This document shows, in pieces, positions 26,704 through 38,393 of a stretch of 64,000 bases of DNA (position 1 is its first letter; every line of letters begins with the position of its first letter). Both the position numbers and the translations under genes were made by a program. The DNA comes from Eledone cirrhosa (Eukaryota). The stretch spans positions 210,490,001-210,554,000 of the forward strand of contig OZ024742.1 of assembly GCA_964016885.1 (NCBI GenBank). Reading direction: 5' to 3'. The notes under the pieces are model-generated. The model ran no database searches. It was not told where the DNA came from and saw only the letters and a list, made by a program, of their open reading frames with translations.

Positions 26704-26873
26704 TCCCCAGCCTTTGGAATTAACTGCAAGCAATGAAATTATTCTTCTCAATAGTATTGAGATTTTCAACCAAAATGGTTTCAGTTTCATAATTGATGAA
26801 TCTGCCATGCCAGGTCAAAGGGTGAAACTGGAAACAGCACCTGTCAGTAAAAACTGGAATTTTGGCAAAGATG
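26704..26873 (+). CDS. PMS2: PMS2 exon (regulatory subdomain)
   Basis: tag/gtaagt boundaries. (R)PQPLELTASNEIILLNSIEIFNQNGFSFIIDESAMPGQRVKLETAPVSKNWNFGKD. Completes QKLIRP (QxLxP PCNA-interaction motif) across the junction. Confidence 0.95.
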
Positions 26874-27069
26874 GTAAGTGTTCCTAATAATATACCAATA
26901 ATTAGAAGCAATTTAACCATTTAGCATTTACATTACTTTATATTTACACCACTCAAAGGTGATGACACAGGACTGAGACCTCTGGTGTTGTGCAGTAATA
27001 CAGAAGACCCGACTTCCTACAGGTACAAGCCGAAGCTGAAGCATATAGACAGTATGCCCCTACCCCTTT

Positions 27070-27291
27070 CCCACTGCAAAGTGGTCGTGGAGGAGTCAAG
27101 ACAAAAAGCACCCAATACTCACTGTAAATGAGGTTGATGTTAGGAAGGGCATCCAGCTGTAGAAATCAAGCCAGAATCTGTTCCTGTATGAGCAAGACAT
27201 GGTCACCCGACCTGGCATTGCCCACAACAGGACAACCGGTCTAACCCATGCTAGCATGGAAGAATGGATGTAAAACGGTGATGATGATGAT
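27070..27291 (+). mobile_element. RTE-tailed SINE 3' module (representative of many copies)
   Basis: GTTAGGAAGGGCATCCAGC...CTAACCCATGCTAGCATGGAA...(ATG)n. Copies near 650, 5030, 20010, 20310, 28900, 37215, 46010, 48610 and 49190. Confidence 0.8.
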
Positions 27292-27427
27292 GGCCAGTTA
27301 TGGCCGGTTTGAACAGAAAGTGGTGAGAGAATTCTGGCCAGATACAGCCGGTTTAAATGATAAAGGGTTAAATCTGATTTTGTATTGATATTGGGACCCC
27401 AAATTGACATCTATTGTTGTTATTAAA

Positions 27428-27599
27428 TAATAATAATAATGAAATTATTGTGTACAGTGCTCAGGTGCACTACAACTCATCAAAGGTGCATGTATAGTAC
27501 ATAGAATAATGTACAAATGTCAGGAAAATAAACAGTGTATGAGTCATGATATAATAACAATAACAATAATGAAATATTGTGCACAGTGCCCAGGTGCAC
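27428..27599 (-). mobile_element. CR1 3' UTR fragment
   Basis: Reverse complement of the CR1 3' terminus with (ATT)n tail. Confidence 0.85.
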
Positions 27600-28567
27600 G
27601 CTTCAAGATTATAATTCTGAACTTGGGTGTCAATTCTGGTTGGATCAATATGATAGCAACTTAATAGCCAAAAAATCGACAGTTCATATCTTCTCATTAA
27701 TTCTCAATGTCTGGCCCACTATAGTGTAAATAGATATGAGGAATTATAGATATGTGTAAGAGACTATGCCAGACTATGTTGTTACCAAGTGTTTTGTTAC
27801 CTTGATTTACAAAGTTTAAATATTAAAATCTATGATAAATACCCAAACCATCAAAAGATGTGTGTCTTAATTAATTAATGTCTTGAAGACTAGGATAAAT
27901 TCTAGCAATGAGGGAGTTTTTATATGGTTACTCAACCTGAGGGAAATCACAAACAAATCCCTTTCAAACGGCTTGCAAGAGTTGAATGGGTCTTCACAGA
28001 CTGAGTCAGTATTCAAGCAGGGCTACTGACCTCAGATGGAAAGGGAGTTTGCATCTCGTTTACATACAGTCCTATGCTCCACCAAGTGTATTTTATCATG
28101 ATATTGGTACAAGGGAGGTTATGTCTTTAACACAGCTGAAGGGTCTCTCTGACCCTTTGTTTGGCAGGTTTTGTATGGCTAGATGCCCTTCCTATCACCA
28201 GTCGTGTACTGGGTGCATTTATCGTGTAGATCACTAGGGAGGTTTTCATGTGGCACAACTGAAGGGTCCTTCTTGTATGTATATGTATGTATATATATAA
28301 ATAAATCAAAATAGATGCAGTAAAAGCCTGTGAGACCATTACTCACCACCAGAGTACTTGATACTCAGGGTAATAGAGTATGGTAAAATGAAAGAGTCGG
28401 GACCTCAACGGCTGAGCTCTTGCCATTTCACAGCTAGTTGAAACAGTAAGAGCTTAGCCATCAGGTTCCCAACTCTTTCAGAGAGATATCATGCAGTTAA
28501 TCACATTACACCAAACATAGTAACAAGAACAACTAACCAGTATAAGTTTTTCTCTTGTCCATTTTAG

Positions 28568-28605
28568 ATATTGAGGAATTGATCTTCATGTTGACAGATA
28601 GTCCG
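28568..28605 (+). CDS. PMS2: PMS2 micro-exon (38 nt)
   Basis: ttttag/gtgag boundaries. (D)IEELIFMLTDSP matches PMS2 ELIFMLSDSP. Confidence 0.93.
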
Positions 28606-28716
28606 GTGAGAAATTTTATGAATTCTTTGTTAAAAAATGTATTCTTAATATTTTTCTCTTTTGTTTTTATTGTTTTGTTATAGCTTTCAGAACTGTTTCA
28701 TTACATCTTAATTTCT

Positions 28717-28925
28717 CACCCAGTCCACCCTGTAAGGTGGTTGTGTTGGTGACATGACAAAAATCACCCAGTCCACCCTGTAAGGAGGTTGTGTTGGTGA
28801 AACAATAAAAAGCACCCAGTCCACCCTGTAAGGTGCTCCTGCTGGTGTCACATTGAAAAAGTACCCAGTCTAACCTGTCACTATAAAAAAAGCACCCAGT
28901 CCACATTGTTAATGTGGTTGGTGTT
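28717..28925 (+). repeat. Tandem ~41-48 bp repeat amplified from the SINE tail module
   Basis: About five copies of (c)acccagtc, three followed by caccctgtaagg, leading into an RTE-tailed SINE. Confidence 0.75.
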
Positions 28926-29069
28926 AGGAAAGGCATTCAGTGATAGAAACCAAGCCAGAAACAGTTCTATAAGAACTAGACATGGTCACTTCATCTGACT
29001 TGTCTCACAGCGGGACAACTCGTTTAACCCATGTTTGCATGGAAAATGAACATTAAATGGTGATTATGA

Positions 29070-29400
29070 TGTATCACTAATGAGTATGTTTATGGTAGTG
29101 GAACAAGTTTGGCTTGAGGTGTGTAGATTGTGTGTGGATAACACTGATGTGCAGAAGTTTAAGAAGGAATTAAGGATGGTATCATTACTGTAGGAATGTA
29201 TGTTAGAAATGACAGCAAAGTCAGTCAATAATGTTGCATGAAAAGAAGAGATTGTGGGAGACATTTGTGAATTCTGAGGCAGCGGAATGAAGTCCTGATG
29301 GTACCTGCTACAATTGAGTGATCAGAAAAAAAATTCTGATCTGGAAATTAGATGGAGCTCAACATAGGTAAAAATCTTCTGCCTGACATGTTCGAAGACA
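29070..29400 (-). mobile_element. Highly degenerate CR1/L2-type RT fragment
   Basis: SPTIS...NIHSYSNDT resembles SPTLF...HSYADDT. Confidence 0.4.
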
Positions 29401-29650
29401 TTGCTGTTGTTATTTTGAGTTCACTATTCCTTTGTCTGCAATATAAAGCTTCATTCTTATTGATTCATTTCTTTTTTGCTGGTGGATCTGTTTTTAGTTA
29501 AAAAATACCCTGTATTACTTTTTCACTTAATATTTATTAAAATTCTGACACATTTCAGCTCTAATATTTATTTATTTAATATCCACATACAGCTTGTTTC
29601 TGCTTCCTTGTGCTCCATCTGTACAAATTATTTTTTGTTTATTTTCTCAG

Positions 29651-29755
29651 GGTGTCATGTGCCGTCCATCTCGTATATGTCAGATGTTTGCCTCTCGTGC
29701 CTGTCGTAAATCAATAATGATTGGAACTGCTCTCAAAGAAAGAGAAATGAAAACA
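29651..29755 (+). CDS. PMS2: PMS2 exon with ACR metal-binding motif
   Basis: tttctcag/gtata boundaries. [35 protein letters not shown]. Confidence 0.95.
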
Positions 29756-30584
29756 GTATAGAATATTGTTTCTACTCTATTTTATTTTTTTATTTTATTT
29801 TAATTGGATTTTAGAAACAACATCCTGTTGTTTCCTTGAGCAAGACACTTTATTCCACATTGCTCCAGTTTACTCAGCTGTAGAAATGAGATGATAGGGA
29901 CTGGGGCCCATATCATTCCACTGCAAAGTGGTCGTGGAGGTGCCACGGCAAAAAAGCACCCAGCACTCACTGTAAATGAGGTTGGTGTTAGGAAGGGCAT
30001 CCAGCTGTAGAAATCAAGCCAGAATCAGTTCCCGTCCCATCCTTTCAAGCAGGGAAAAAGCGGACGTGAAATGAAATGATGATGATGATGATGATCCTGT
30101 GACATAAATATTTTCCCAGCTTTATGAGACAAGGCAAAGCTATAACAAATGACTTTTAGACTGGTTTCCCTGTTTAGTCTTTGGCAAAAGTATTTTTAAT
30201 AGCCTCTTCTGCAAATGATATAGGAAATATACCAGGCTGGGCAAACTTTTTCAAGCAGTGGGCTGCATAGGATGTGATTCATCATAAGGTGGGCTGCACT
30301 ACTAAATAATTTAAGACAATTTTGTAATTAGGTATCTTTCAGAAAGCCAAATGGGCTACAGTTAGCCCATGACTGAAATATACAATATTTAATATTTGGC
30401 TAAGAGAATTGATAAATTAACTAATAGTTTGTCTAATCTGTTGTTTTATTCAGTCACTGAATAAATTTCACATGCAATAAAACTATGTTTTATTCAGTCA
30501 CTAAGTATATTTTAGATGTAATGAAATGTTTTGCTCTTGAATAGTATGTATTGCTCTTTTCAGCTTTCAAACTGGATACTAGAT

Positions 30585-30812
30585 TTAACCCTTTAGCATT
30601 TCCATTACTCTATATATACTATTGTATTTTTGTGATAAAGGCTTTATCTTACATAATTATCTCATATGATATCAAACTACTAGATTTTGGTGTTATTTAT
30701 TTTGAGAACAATACCTTAATGTCAGTATGAGCGGCCAGTTACAGTCAGTTTGAACAGAAAGGGGTGAGAGAATTCTGGCCGGATACGACCAGTTTAAATG
30801 CTAAAAGGTTAA
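30585..30812. mobile_element. piggyBac-like MITE, opposite orientation
   Basis: Same TIRs and interior as 19744-19967, reverse-complemented. Confidence 0.8.
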
Positions 30813-31601
30813 TAATTCTGCAGAATTATCTTTTAACATAAAAGTGTTGTTTCTTATTAATGATATTAGTGATCTTCTCAAGTGTGAACATTGTAATCCA
30901 TAATTTCAAGCTGTCAGTATCCAACTATAGATTATTTTACACTTCAGAAGTTATTGACTAACAAAGTTATTGCAACCACTTTTTATAATAAGTGGTAAGC
31001 ATATATATATGCACAGTGCTCTCATTATTTTGCATAATTCTAGTGTTAGTATATAACATAATATAAGACTTGCATTATAGATTATCTAATTCTATAACAA
31101 TTTAGATGAATATCTTTTGTTCCTCTTACATCATTTTCTTTTTATGGCCATTTTTTCATACTTGAATTTTTGGCAAGGTTTTTCTGGCTGGATGGCCTCC
31201 ATTGTGCCACCAGCACTAGAGAGATTGTCTGACAGGAGTTAAGGATCCTCTCTACCCTAAGTCAATTTTTATTCAAAGTAACTGTTCTTCTAGACAGGTT
31301 GCCTTCACAATAGCTTACAGTTTCCATATCTACTCCATACAGTAACTACCCCACTAGATGGGTTGCCTTCCCTGTAGCTTATGGAGACCATATTTACCCC
31401 CATCATCACGACCATCATTTTATGTCCTTTTGTTCATGCTTGCATGGGTTGGATGGATCTTTTCCATCACAGCATCCCTCCACTTATTGCAGTCCTTTGT
31501 CACTTCAAGTGAGCTTCGCACCTTGTATTTTGTTTAATTTTTTTCTACATTTAATCAGATTCACTTTTTGTTCACTTTTCTTTCCTTTCTCAAATCCACA
31601 G

Positions 31602-31637
31602 CTAATTGGTCACATGGCAGAACTTGATCAACCATGG
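31602..31637 (+). CDS. PMS2: PMS2 micro-exon (36 nt)
   Basis: Long pyrimidine tract plus cag, gtaagt donor. LIGHMAELDQPW. Confidence 0.93.
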
Positions 31638-33389
31638 GTAAGTTAAATTATCGTCTAATTAACTTCTATCTGATGTAGGGTTGGAATATTTGACAACATG
31701 GATGGTTAAAGTTAAAGTTTGTCCCAAACCTGGAGTCTCATCTCACCTCTGCTTATTCCGGTTTCATTGGCATTAAGCGACTGAAAGTACTGGACTCTCC
31801 TTTGGACAGGGTGCCAGTCTGTTGCAGATTTAAGCTCCAACTGCTGCTGGTACTCATTTTGAGCTGAGTGTGCTGGAGCAACAAGAAACAGTGTTTTGCT
31901 CAAGAACACAATGCAACACTTGGTCCAGGAATTGAACCCATGACTTTAGGTTCATTAGGCCATACACTTTCATTGGCATTACAATATCAAATATCACAAA
32001 ACTCACTGAATGATCAAGTCTGTTTTCATTGATATGTCTACTGAACAACCCATTGTTACATAAACCCAAATACACAACTATATCTACCACTTATAATATA
32101 GATTTTTTACAATTCAGTATTTTATAAAAATAAGGATGTGAGTAAGCACCATCTCTAATCAGATCATATTACTATTTCAAATATCACAACCTACAAATTT
32201 GGCCTGTCATCCCTTCAAGTTAAACACCAATTAATATATGAGCATTGCTTTTACTATGTATCCTCCTTTTAAGACTAAAGGCTGTGTGCTTAAACAAAAA
32301 TATTGATGTGTAAGTAAACATACAAAAGAAAGAAAGCAGAAAACAAACACTAAAAACACTAACAACTTTAGGAAAAATATTTTTGTAAATAATACAATAG
32401 ATTCTTTGCTTCAAGTAAATATAATAATTAAGTGGCTACATCGATGGTATGAAATAAATATAACTAAGTATATATAAAACATTTGATTGTTGCATGAGCA
32501 TAGTTACATTGGAGTTATAAGATATATAACAACCTGCCTGGATAAAGGAAGAGTTTCTTGAAAATTTAATGAGTAAATGGTTGCAAAAAGAATGATGAAA
32601 AGAATGAGATAACGACTGTTTTAAGAAAATATATTTTCTCTCCCACCTTACCACAGAGCAGAGGAAATAACGGCCAATATAAACACTAAAACAATATTGC
32701 AAATACCATAACAAAACAAACAATAAAGTAGTAAAAAAACAAAAAAAAACAAGGGATTTTCACTTCAAATTTACTTTATTCTCCTTTTACTTTACTCCAC
32801 TTTTCAAATTAAATGATACGATGGTTCAGTTATATTCAAATATTGTAAGCGCGTCCGTTGAGAATATCGTTAAGATGTATGCGTAAATGTAAACAGAAGC
32901 TGATTCAGCAGCCAGCTTGACAGCTGAGATAGGTAACACCAACAATTATCACTACCATTACCAAGAGGAAGGCAACGACAGCAACAGTGACAATAACAAC
33001 GACCCTGCATCTTCGGTGAAAGAAGGCATTCGAGCCTCACCAGCCTGCTTGGCAGCCGAAATAGGGATCAGTATCAACTACCACTACCATTAACAAGAGG
33101 AAAGATACGACAGCAGCAGTGACAATAACAACAACAACATATATGTGTATACACCAACATCTTACCAGCAATCAGTACCACCACCATTAACAAGAGGAAG
33201 CCAACTCCAGCATCATTGACAAACCTTTGGGTCTTTCCACTGGGAACAACCCCCTGTTTTTCTTTTTGTACATTCATTCATCCATTTATTTATTTGCTAA
33301 CTTTCTACTTTCGTGTATCTCCCCCTCCATGCACCCCTCCCCTTCTCTTTTATCTTGTCTTCTGTCGCCTCCATATCTGATGTAGGTGA

Positions 33390-36300
33390 GCTATGAGGCC
33401 TCATTCATACCAACACTTTGCCTTCCACCCACATACAGTTGTGCCTAGCACCTAGGCTGGCGACAACCAGCCACTCACCCCTGATGCCGCTCGGTGCCCC
33501 AGTCCGAGGCCCCACACACCATCCTCCATCCCCACAAGCCGACACCTGCAGCACTTGTAGCACCACTAACAGACGGAAGAGGAGCCGGAACTGTTCGGGG
33601 TGCGGCTGCTTCCACCACCTCACCTGTGTTGGCTTGACGCATCGAGCTTCCAGTGCCCTCGCAGCGTGGAGATGCAAAAACTGTCTCTTCCCCTCGTCTG
33701 CTCAGCCACGGCCGTCTGGCACTCCACCAGATAAGACAGCGAGCTTACCTGATGCCCAAGCCTCGCTAGTCAACATCGTTCAGCTCAGGCGGCTCCGGAA
33801 GATTCCGCTCAGGATCCGGAGAGCAGAACGGGTACCGGTATACGATACCCTCGCTTCCTCGATTGAGAGTGCCCTGGACTCCAATCGAACCAGTGACTGG
33901 GAGCGCCTCTTCTATATCGCCCCACTCGCCCTCGGCCTCCCCAGCTCTGGTGCTGACTGAGGCAGCCTTTGTCAAGGCCAATGTTTCATCCTTTGGGCAA
34001 GCGCTCATTCCAAGCATGCCGAAGGACGCTACACCCCCTGCTCTCGGGTGCCTCCAATCTTCCACACCTGAGGCCAGCGCCAAGCGTTTGCATGACCGCA
34101 TAAATGCTAAACTTATCATGGGTGATGTCTCGGCCACAGTCAGAGTGGTTCCCTCAGAGGACACTGTCCTCCAAGCCACCGAGGAGGTCCTGGTTGCCCT
34201 GCGACTCAAGCACCCTGAGCCACCCACTGACCTCCGACGCAGACATGTCTACCATCAAGTCCTTCCCAGCTAGCAGCAGCGGAGGTGCTGATGGGCTCCG
34301 ACCAGGCCACCTCAAGGAGTTGCTATCCCCGCTTTCTGCTGAGGCCAGGCGCCGCCTTCTGAGTGCAATTGTGGCACTCACCAATAGGCTTATCCATGGC
34401 ACCCTGGATCCTCACGCCCGAGGCCTCTTTTTTTTCGGCTAGCCTGACTGCTCTCAGGAAGAAAGAGGGTGGCATACGCCCCATCGCTGTGGGCAATGTC
34501 TTTCGGAGGTTGGCTGCTAAGGTAATTTACAGGTCCATAACACCCGAACTGGGTGAGGAGTTCAGTCCAGTGCAACTGGGTGTGCTGTGTCCGGTGGCTG
34601 TGAGGGGGCCGCACATGCAACCAGGCAGTTCTTCAACAGCTGCCCACCAGAACCGGCATCCAGGCACCTCATTGTCAAGCTCGACATGAGGAATGCCTTT
34701 AACTGTATACGCCGGGACCATCTGCTCGATGCCTGCCTCAGTCGAGCACCCTCCGCCTACTCGCTGGCCTACCTGTCATGTGGAGCCCCAAATATGCTCC
34801 TTGCTGCTGATAGTCATACCTTCGGCCACTGGGATCCAACAGGGTGACCTGTTAGGCCTCCTCCTGTTTGCCCTTGGTATAGACCACATTGCCCAGAGTA
34901 TCACGGCCCCTCTCAATGTTTGGTACCTGGATGATGCTATGCTGGGCAGGCCCATGGTGACTGTCTGCCATGACCTTCAATCGGTGGTTCCTGCCCTGGC
35001 GGGAATCGGCCTCCAGGTCAACTCATCCAAGTCGGAGGTGGTGAATGTCAGCCATGATGCTGAGAGCTTTACAGCCTCCGTCTTGGACGTGCAGTCCATT
35101 CTCTACCAGGTACAGGTGACCCCAAAGAGTATGTCCTCATCCTTGGGTCACCGATCCACCCCCGGCCATCCGCTCCACCATCAGGTCCAGGCTTCAACAA
35201 CTCCAGACCCTCACGAGCCGACTGGGCTTGATCGACGGCCACCCAGCTCTCTTCCTGTTGAGGAACTGCTTCGCCATGCCGAAGCTCCTCTATACCCTTC
35301 GCAGCGTTCCGTGTTACACCCACGCATCTCTCCTCGCTGACCTCGATACTTGTATCTGAGCGGCAGCTGAGGAGATATGCAACGTCAGGTTTGACGGCAT
35401 TGGATGACAACAGGCCACTTTACCTGTCAGGTATGGCAGCCTTGGCCGCCGGTCCCCGATCTCGCTGGCTTTGCTGGCGTTTCTTTCATCGGTAACCTCA
35501 TGCCGCATCCTCGTCAGCAGGGTTCTCCAAAACACAATGGAACCCTGTGATCAGGGAACGTGAGGCCGCCTGTGAGACGTGAGACCGGCTGAGACTTAGC
35601 CCAGTAGACATCCCTCCTTCTCCCCCTGCTGACGTCTAGTAATCCCCAATGCATTTGGGATGCCATCCAGTGCGGCCTGGCCTCAGACAGGTTCATGCGC
35701 CAGCTCAACCAGCACCACCTTGCTTGTTTTCGCGCGGCCTCCAAGCCCCACAGTAGTGCCTGGCTCCATGCCTTGCCCTCCTTCCACTGGCACACAGTTG
35801 GATAACGATAGCCTCGACATCGGCGTTTCCTTGAGGCTTGGACTCCGGATCTGTGAGCCACATAAATGTCGCTGTGGACTCTTTCGGCTTCCACCCGCTT
35901 TCCTGTCACCACAGTGCTGGCTGCCTTCCACGCCATGCTGCCCTCAACGAGGTCATAAAGCATGGCTTGGATGATGCAGGCTTCCCCTACTAGCTCGATC
36001 CGGTGGGGTTGGATGGAGGGGCCAGCAAAAGGCCAGACGGTATGACCATCTTCCCGTTCCGCAGTGGCAAACTCCTCGTCTGGGATGCCACTTGCAGCGA
36101 CACTTTCTCCAGCTGCAACCTGGTGCAGTCTGTGACTAACCTGGGTTCTGCTGCATGTCGGGCTGAGGAAGCCAAACTCTCCTAGTACCGGTCGCTCTCT
36201 GACAGGTTCGCGGTTGTGCTTTTGGCAGTGGAGACTTCTGGTGTCCTTGGCCCTAGGGCTACCTCCCTATTCACCACCATAGGCGCTGAGCTGGCCAACC

Positions 36301-36450
36301 GCAGGTGTGAACCTCGCGAGTTGGAATGGCTCTTCCAGCGCATCTCCCTTACCATCCTCCAGGGAAACGCCTTCTCCATTCTGTCCACCGGGGCTGTGGA
36401 GAGACCAGCAAATAGGACCCCATTTGCTCACCATACGGATTAACACAAAT
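33390..36450 (+). mobile_element. CRE-clade non-LTR retrotransposon (PHD finger, RT, restriction-like endonuclease), frameshifted
   Basis: C4HC3-type finger at ~33547-33684. RT motifs KKEGGIRPIAVGNVFRRLAAK, KLDMRNAFN, GIQQGD, WYLDD. RLE motifs CRCG, RH..LN, RPDG, WDAT, AVETSG. Confidence 0.85.
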
Positions 36451-36819
36451 AAATTATGTATTAGTAAAAGGAATGTTGAGTTACATTATCAAAGAACCAA
36501 GTTTAAAACTCATTTTTGATTACTGGTTTTCATGATTTTAATAATGGCACTAATTTTATTATCTTATTACCTTAAATTCATATCTGACTCAGGCCAATTT
36601 ACAGAGCTGTTAGAATTAATACCTGTTATTTGCTGGTTGGAGAAGTAAATTGATTGTAAAAAAATGTTGCACCTCTATCTTTGGCAATAGTGATGATCTT
36701 TAGATGTCAACTCCAACCATTGACATATTCATTATCATCATCATCAACTAAAAACAATGTTGCTGGTATTTTCTTAATTTTCTTTCTCAATAATATATAT
36801 AACTTGTATGTATTTTCAG

Positions 36820-36891
36820 AATTGCCCACATGGACGTCCAACTATGCGGCATTTGATTAACTTACACATGATTCCTTCTTTGACCACATGA
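36820..36891 (+). CDS. PMS2: PMS2 terminal coding exon with CPHGRP motif
   Basis: ttttcag acceptor. NCPHGRPTMRHLINLHMIPSLTT followed by TGA. Confidence 0.96.
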   Translation, partial: NCPHGRPTMRHLINLHMIPSLTT

Positions 36892-36909
36892 AATTCTCAA
36901 ATATTTTGT

Positions 36910-36915
36910 AATAAA
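36910..36915 (+). promoter_or_regulatory. Candidate PMS2 polyadenylation signal
   Basis: AATAAA about 20 nt after the stop codon. Another AATAAA lies near 37503. Confidence 0.45.
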
Positions 36916-37399
36916 GTTCAATCTGCTGTAAAACTAAATAATGGTTTGGGACAGTTACATTGAAGTCTATATATGTATATCTGCATGTACCTCAGTGTGT
37001 GTGTCTGAATGTCATTTTACATCTGTTTTTCTATACTGGTATGGGTTTGACAGTTTGTTAAAGATTGAATTAATACTTAATCAGAGATACTGTCCTCAGA
37101 TGGGGCAAAGCTGTCTCCAATTTTAGCATGGTTTCTACTGTTGGCATGGTTCTAACACAAGAGAGGTTACTATATCCTTGAAATAATGTGTGTATGTGTA
37201 TATATGTATATATTATCATCATTGTCATTTAACATCTATTTCCCTGCTAGCATGGGTTAGACAGGTTGTCCCATTTGAGGCAAGTCAGATTAGGTGACCG
37301 TGTCTTGCTCATACAGAATTGACTTGATTTCTACAGCTTAATGCCCTTCCTCACGCCAACCACCTTTACAGTGTGGACTGGGCGCCTTTTGTCATGGCA

Positions 37400-37445
<46 letters not shown>

Positions 37446-37654
37446 CATGCAGCTTTGAACTACAAAAATCACATGATTAAACTTCCATTTAATGAAAAAA
37501 TTAATAAAGATATTATTTAATACACTTCTTTTATTGTCAAAGTTTCCCCCCCAATGTTTATTTTATCAGTACATTGTTTTTTTTTGTTTTTTTTTCTGGT
37601 TGGAAAAATAATTATTTTATGATCTCTTTAAGACATACTCCATCTTTACTGATT

Positions 37655-38393
37655 TCATAAATTTATACGTACCATACGAATAGAAACTAATGTAAATGGA
37701 AGTGCCCATAAAAATTCATTTTCTATATATTTTGCAAGTGTCTTTAAATGACAAAATTTCAAAAGTTTAGCTGTTCCAAATCGATCAAATCTTCCTGTGT
37801 TATCTTTTGGAAAACTATCAAATAGATAGAAAGTTGAAGCTTTATGACGAACTATGCTCATGGCAAATCCTTGAATTTTTAAGATCACTCCATGTATCCT
37901 TTGAAAGAATGCACTACTCAGTGCATTATATAAAGATTTTCTTTTGTCATTGTACTTTGCATCACTTGATGTAATTCCATATGTTGGATTACTATATACA
38001 ATCTGAAACGTGCAAGTATTATCATACACCATAAATGTTGGTAAATGTCGAATTTCTAATGAATGAACATCATTGACTGTTTGTCGTCTCTTTATACATT
38101 TTTCATGTAGTTTACATCCGTTGACCAAAATCTGATCAAGCATATGATCATCCCAGTCTTCAACACTACTTAATATTGTTTGGGTTATCATGCACAATGC
38201 TGATGTTAGATTTTGATGTCCTGGAAACTTAGCAATGTATAAATATTTTGGAATATTTCCATCATGAAAGTTAGCACCTATTACATCCCTCTCCTTTGGA
38301 TAACAACTATAGTTTCTGGGAAATGCAAGATAAGGTTGTAAATATTCTGTTTCATAAGGTGTAAGAGGTGTCGCTGCCTGTCTAATAACTGGC
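37655..38393 (-). CDS. Terminal exon of a gene encoding a herpesvirus-tegument-like (VTD / peptidase C76-like) deubiquitinase domain, predicted catalytically inactive
   Basis: Acceptor ttttattttggcag, then a 245-codon open frame: ...VIGANFHDG...FPGHQNLTSALCMI...WDDHMLDQILVNGCKLH...LEIRHLP...TFYLFDSFPKDNTGRFDRFGTAKLLKF...LAKYI. Motif order matches the recalled VTD pattern (FHQG, GxQC, W..LDxILxxG, LP, YLFDSH, G...GxA). The family was recognised by eye. Confidence 0.75.

Noticed and set aside
26959-27040. Possible intronic C/D box snoRNA (GTGATGA ... CTGA)
   Set aside because: No terminal stem and no recognisable rRNA or snRNA antisense element. Such boxes occur often by chance.
28717-28925. 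CRISPR-like periodic repeat
   Set aside because: Eukaryotic context, homologous rather than unique spacers, no cas genes. It is a SINE-derived tandem repeat.
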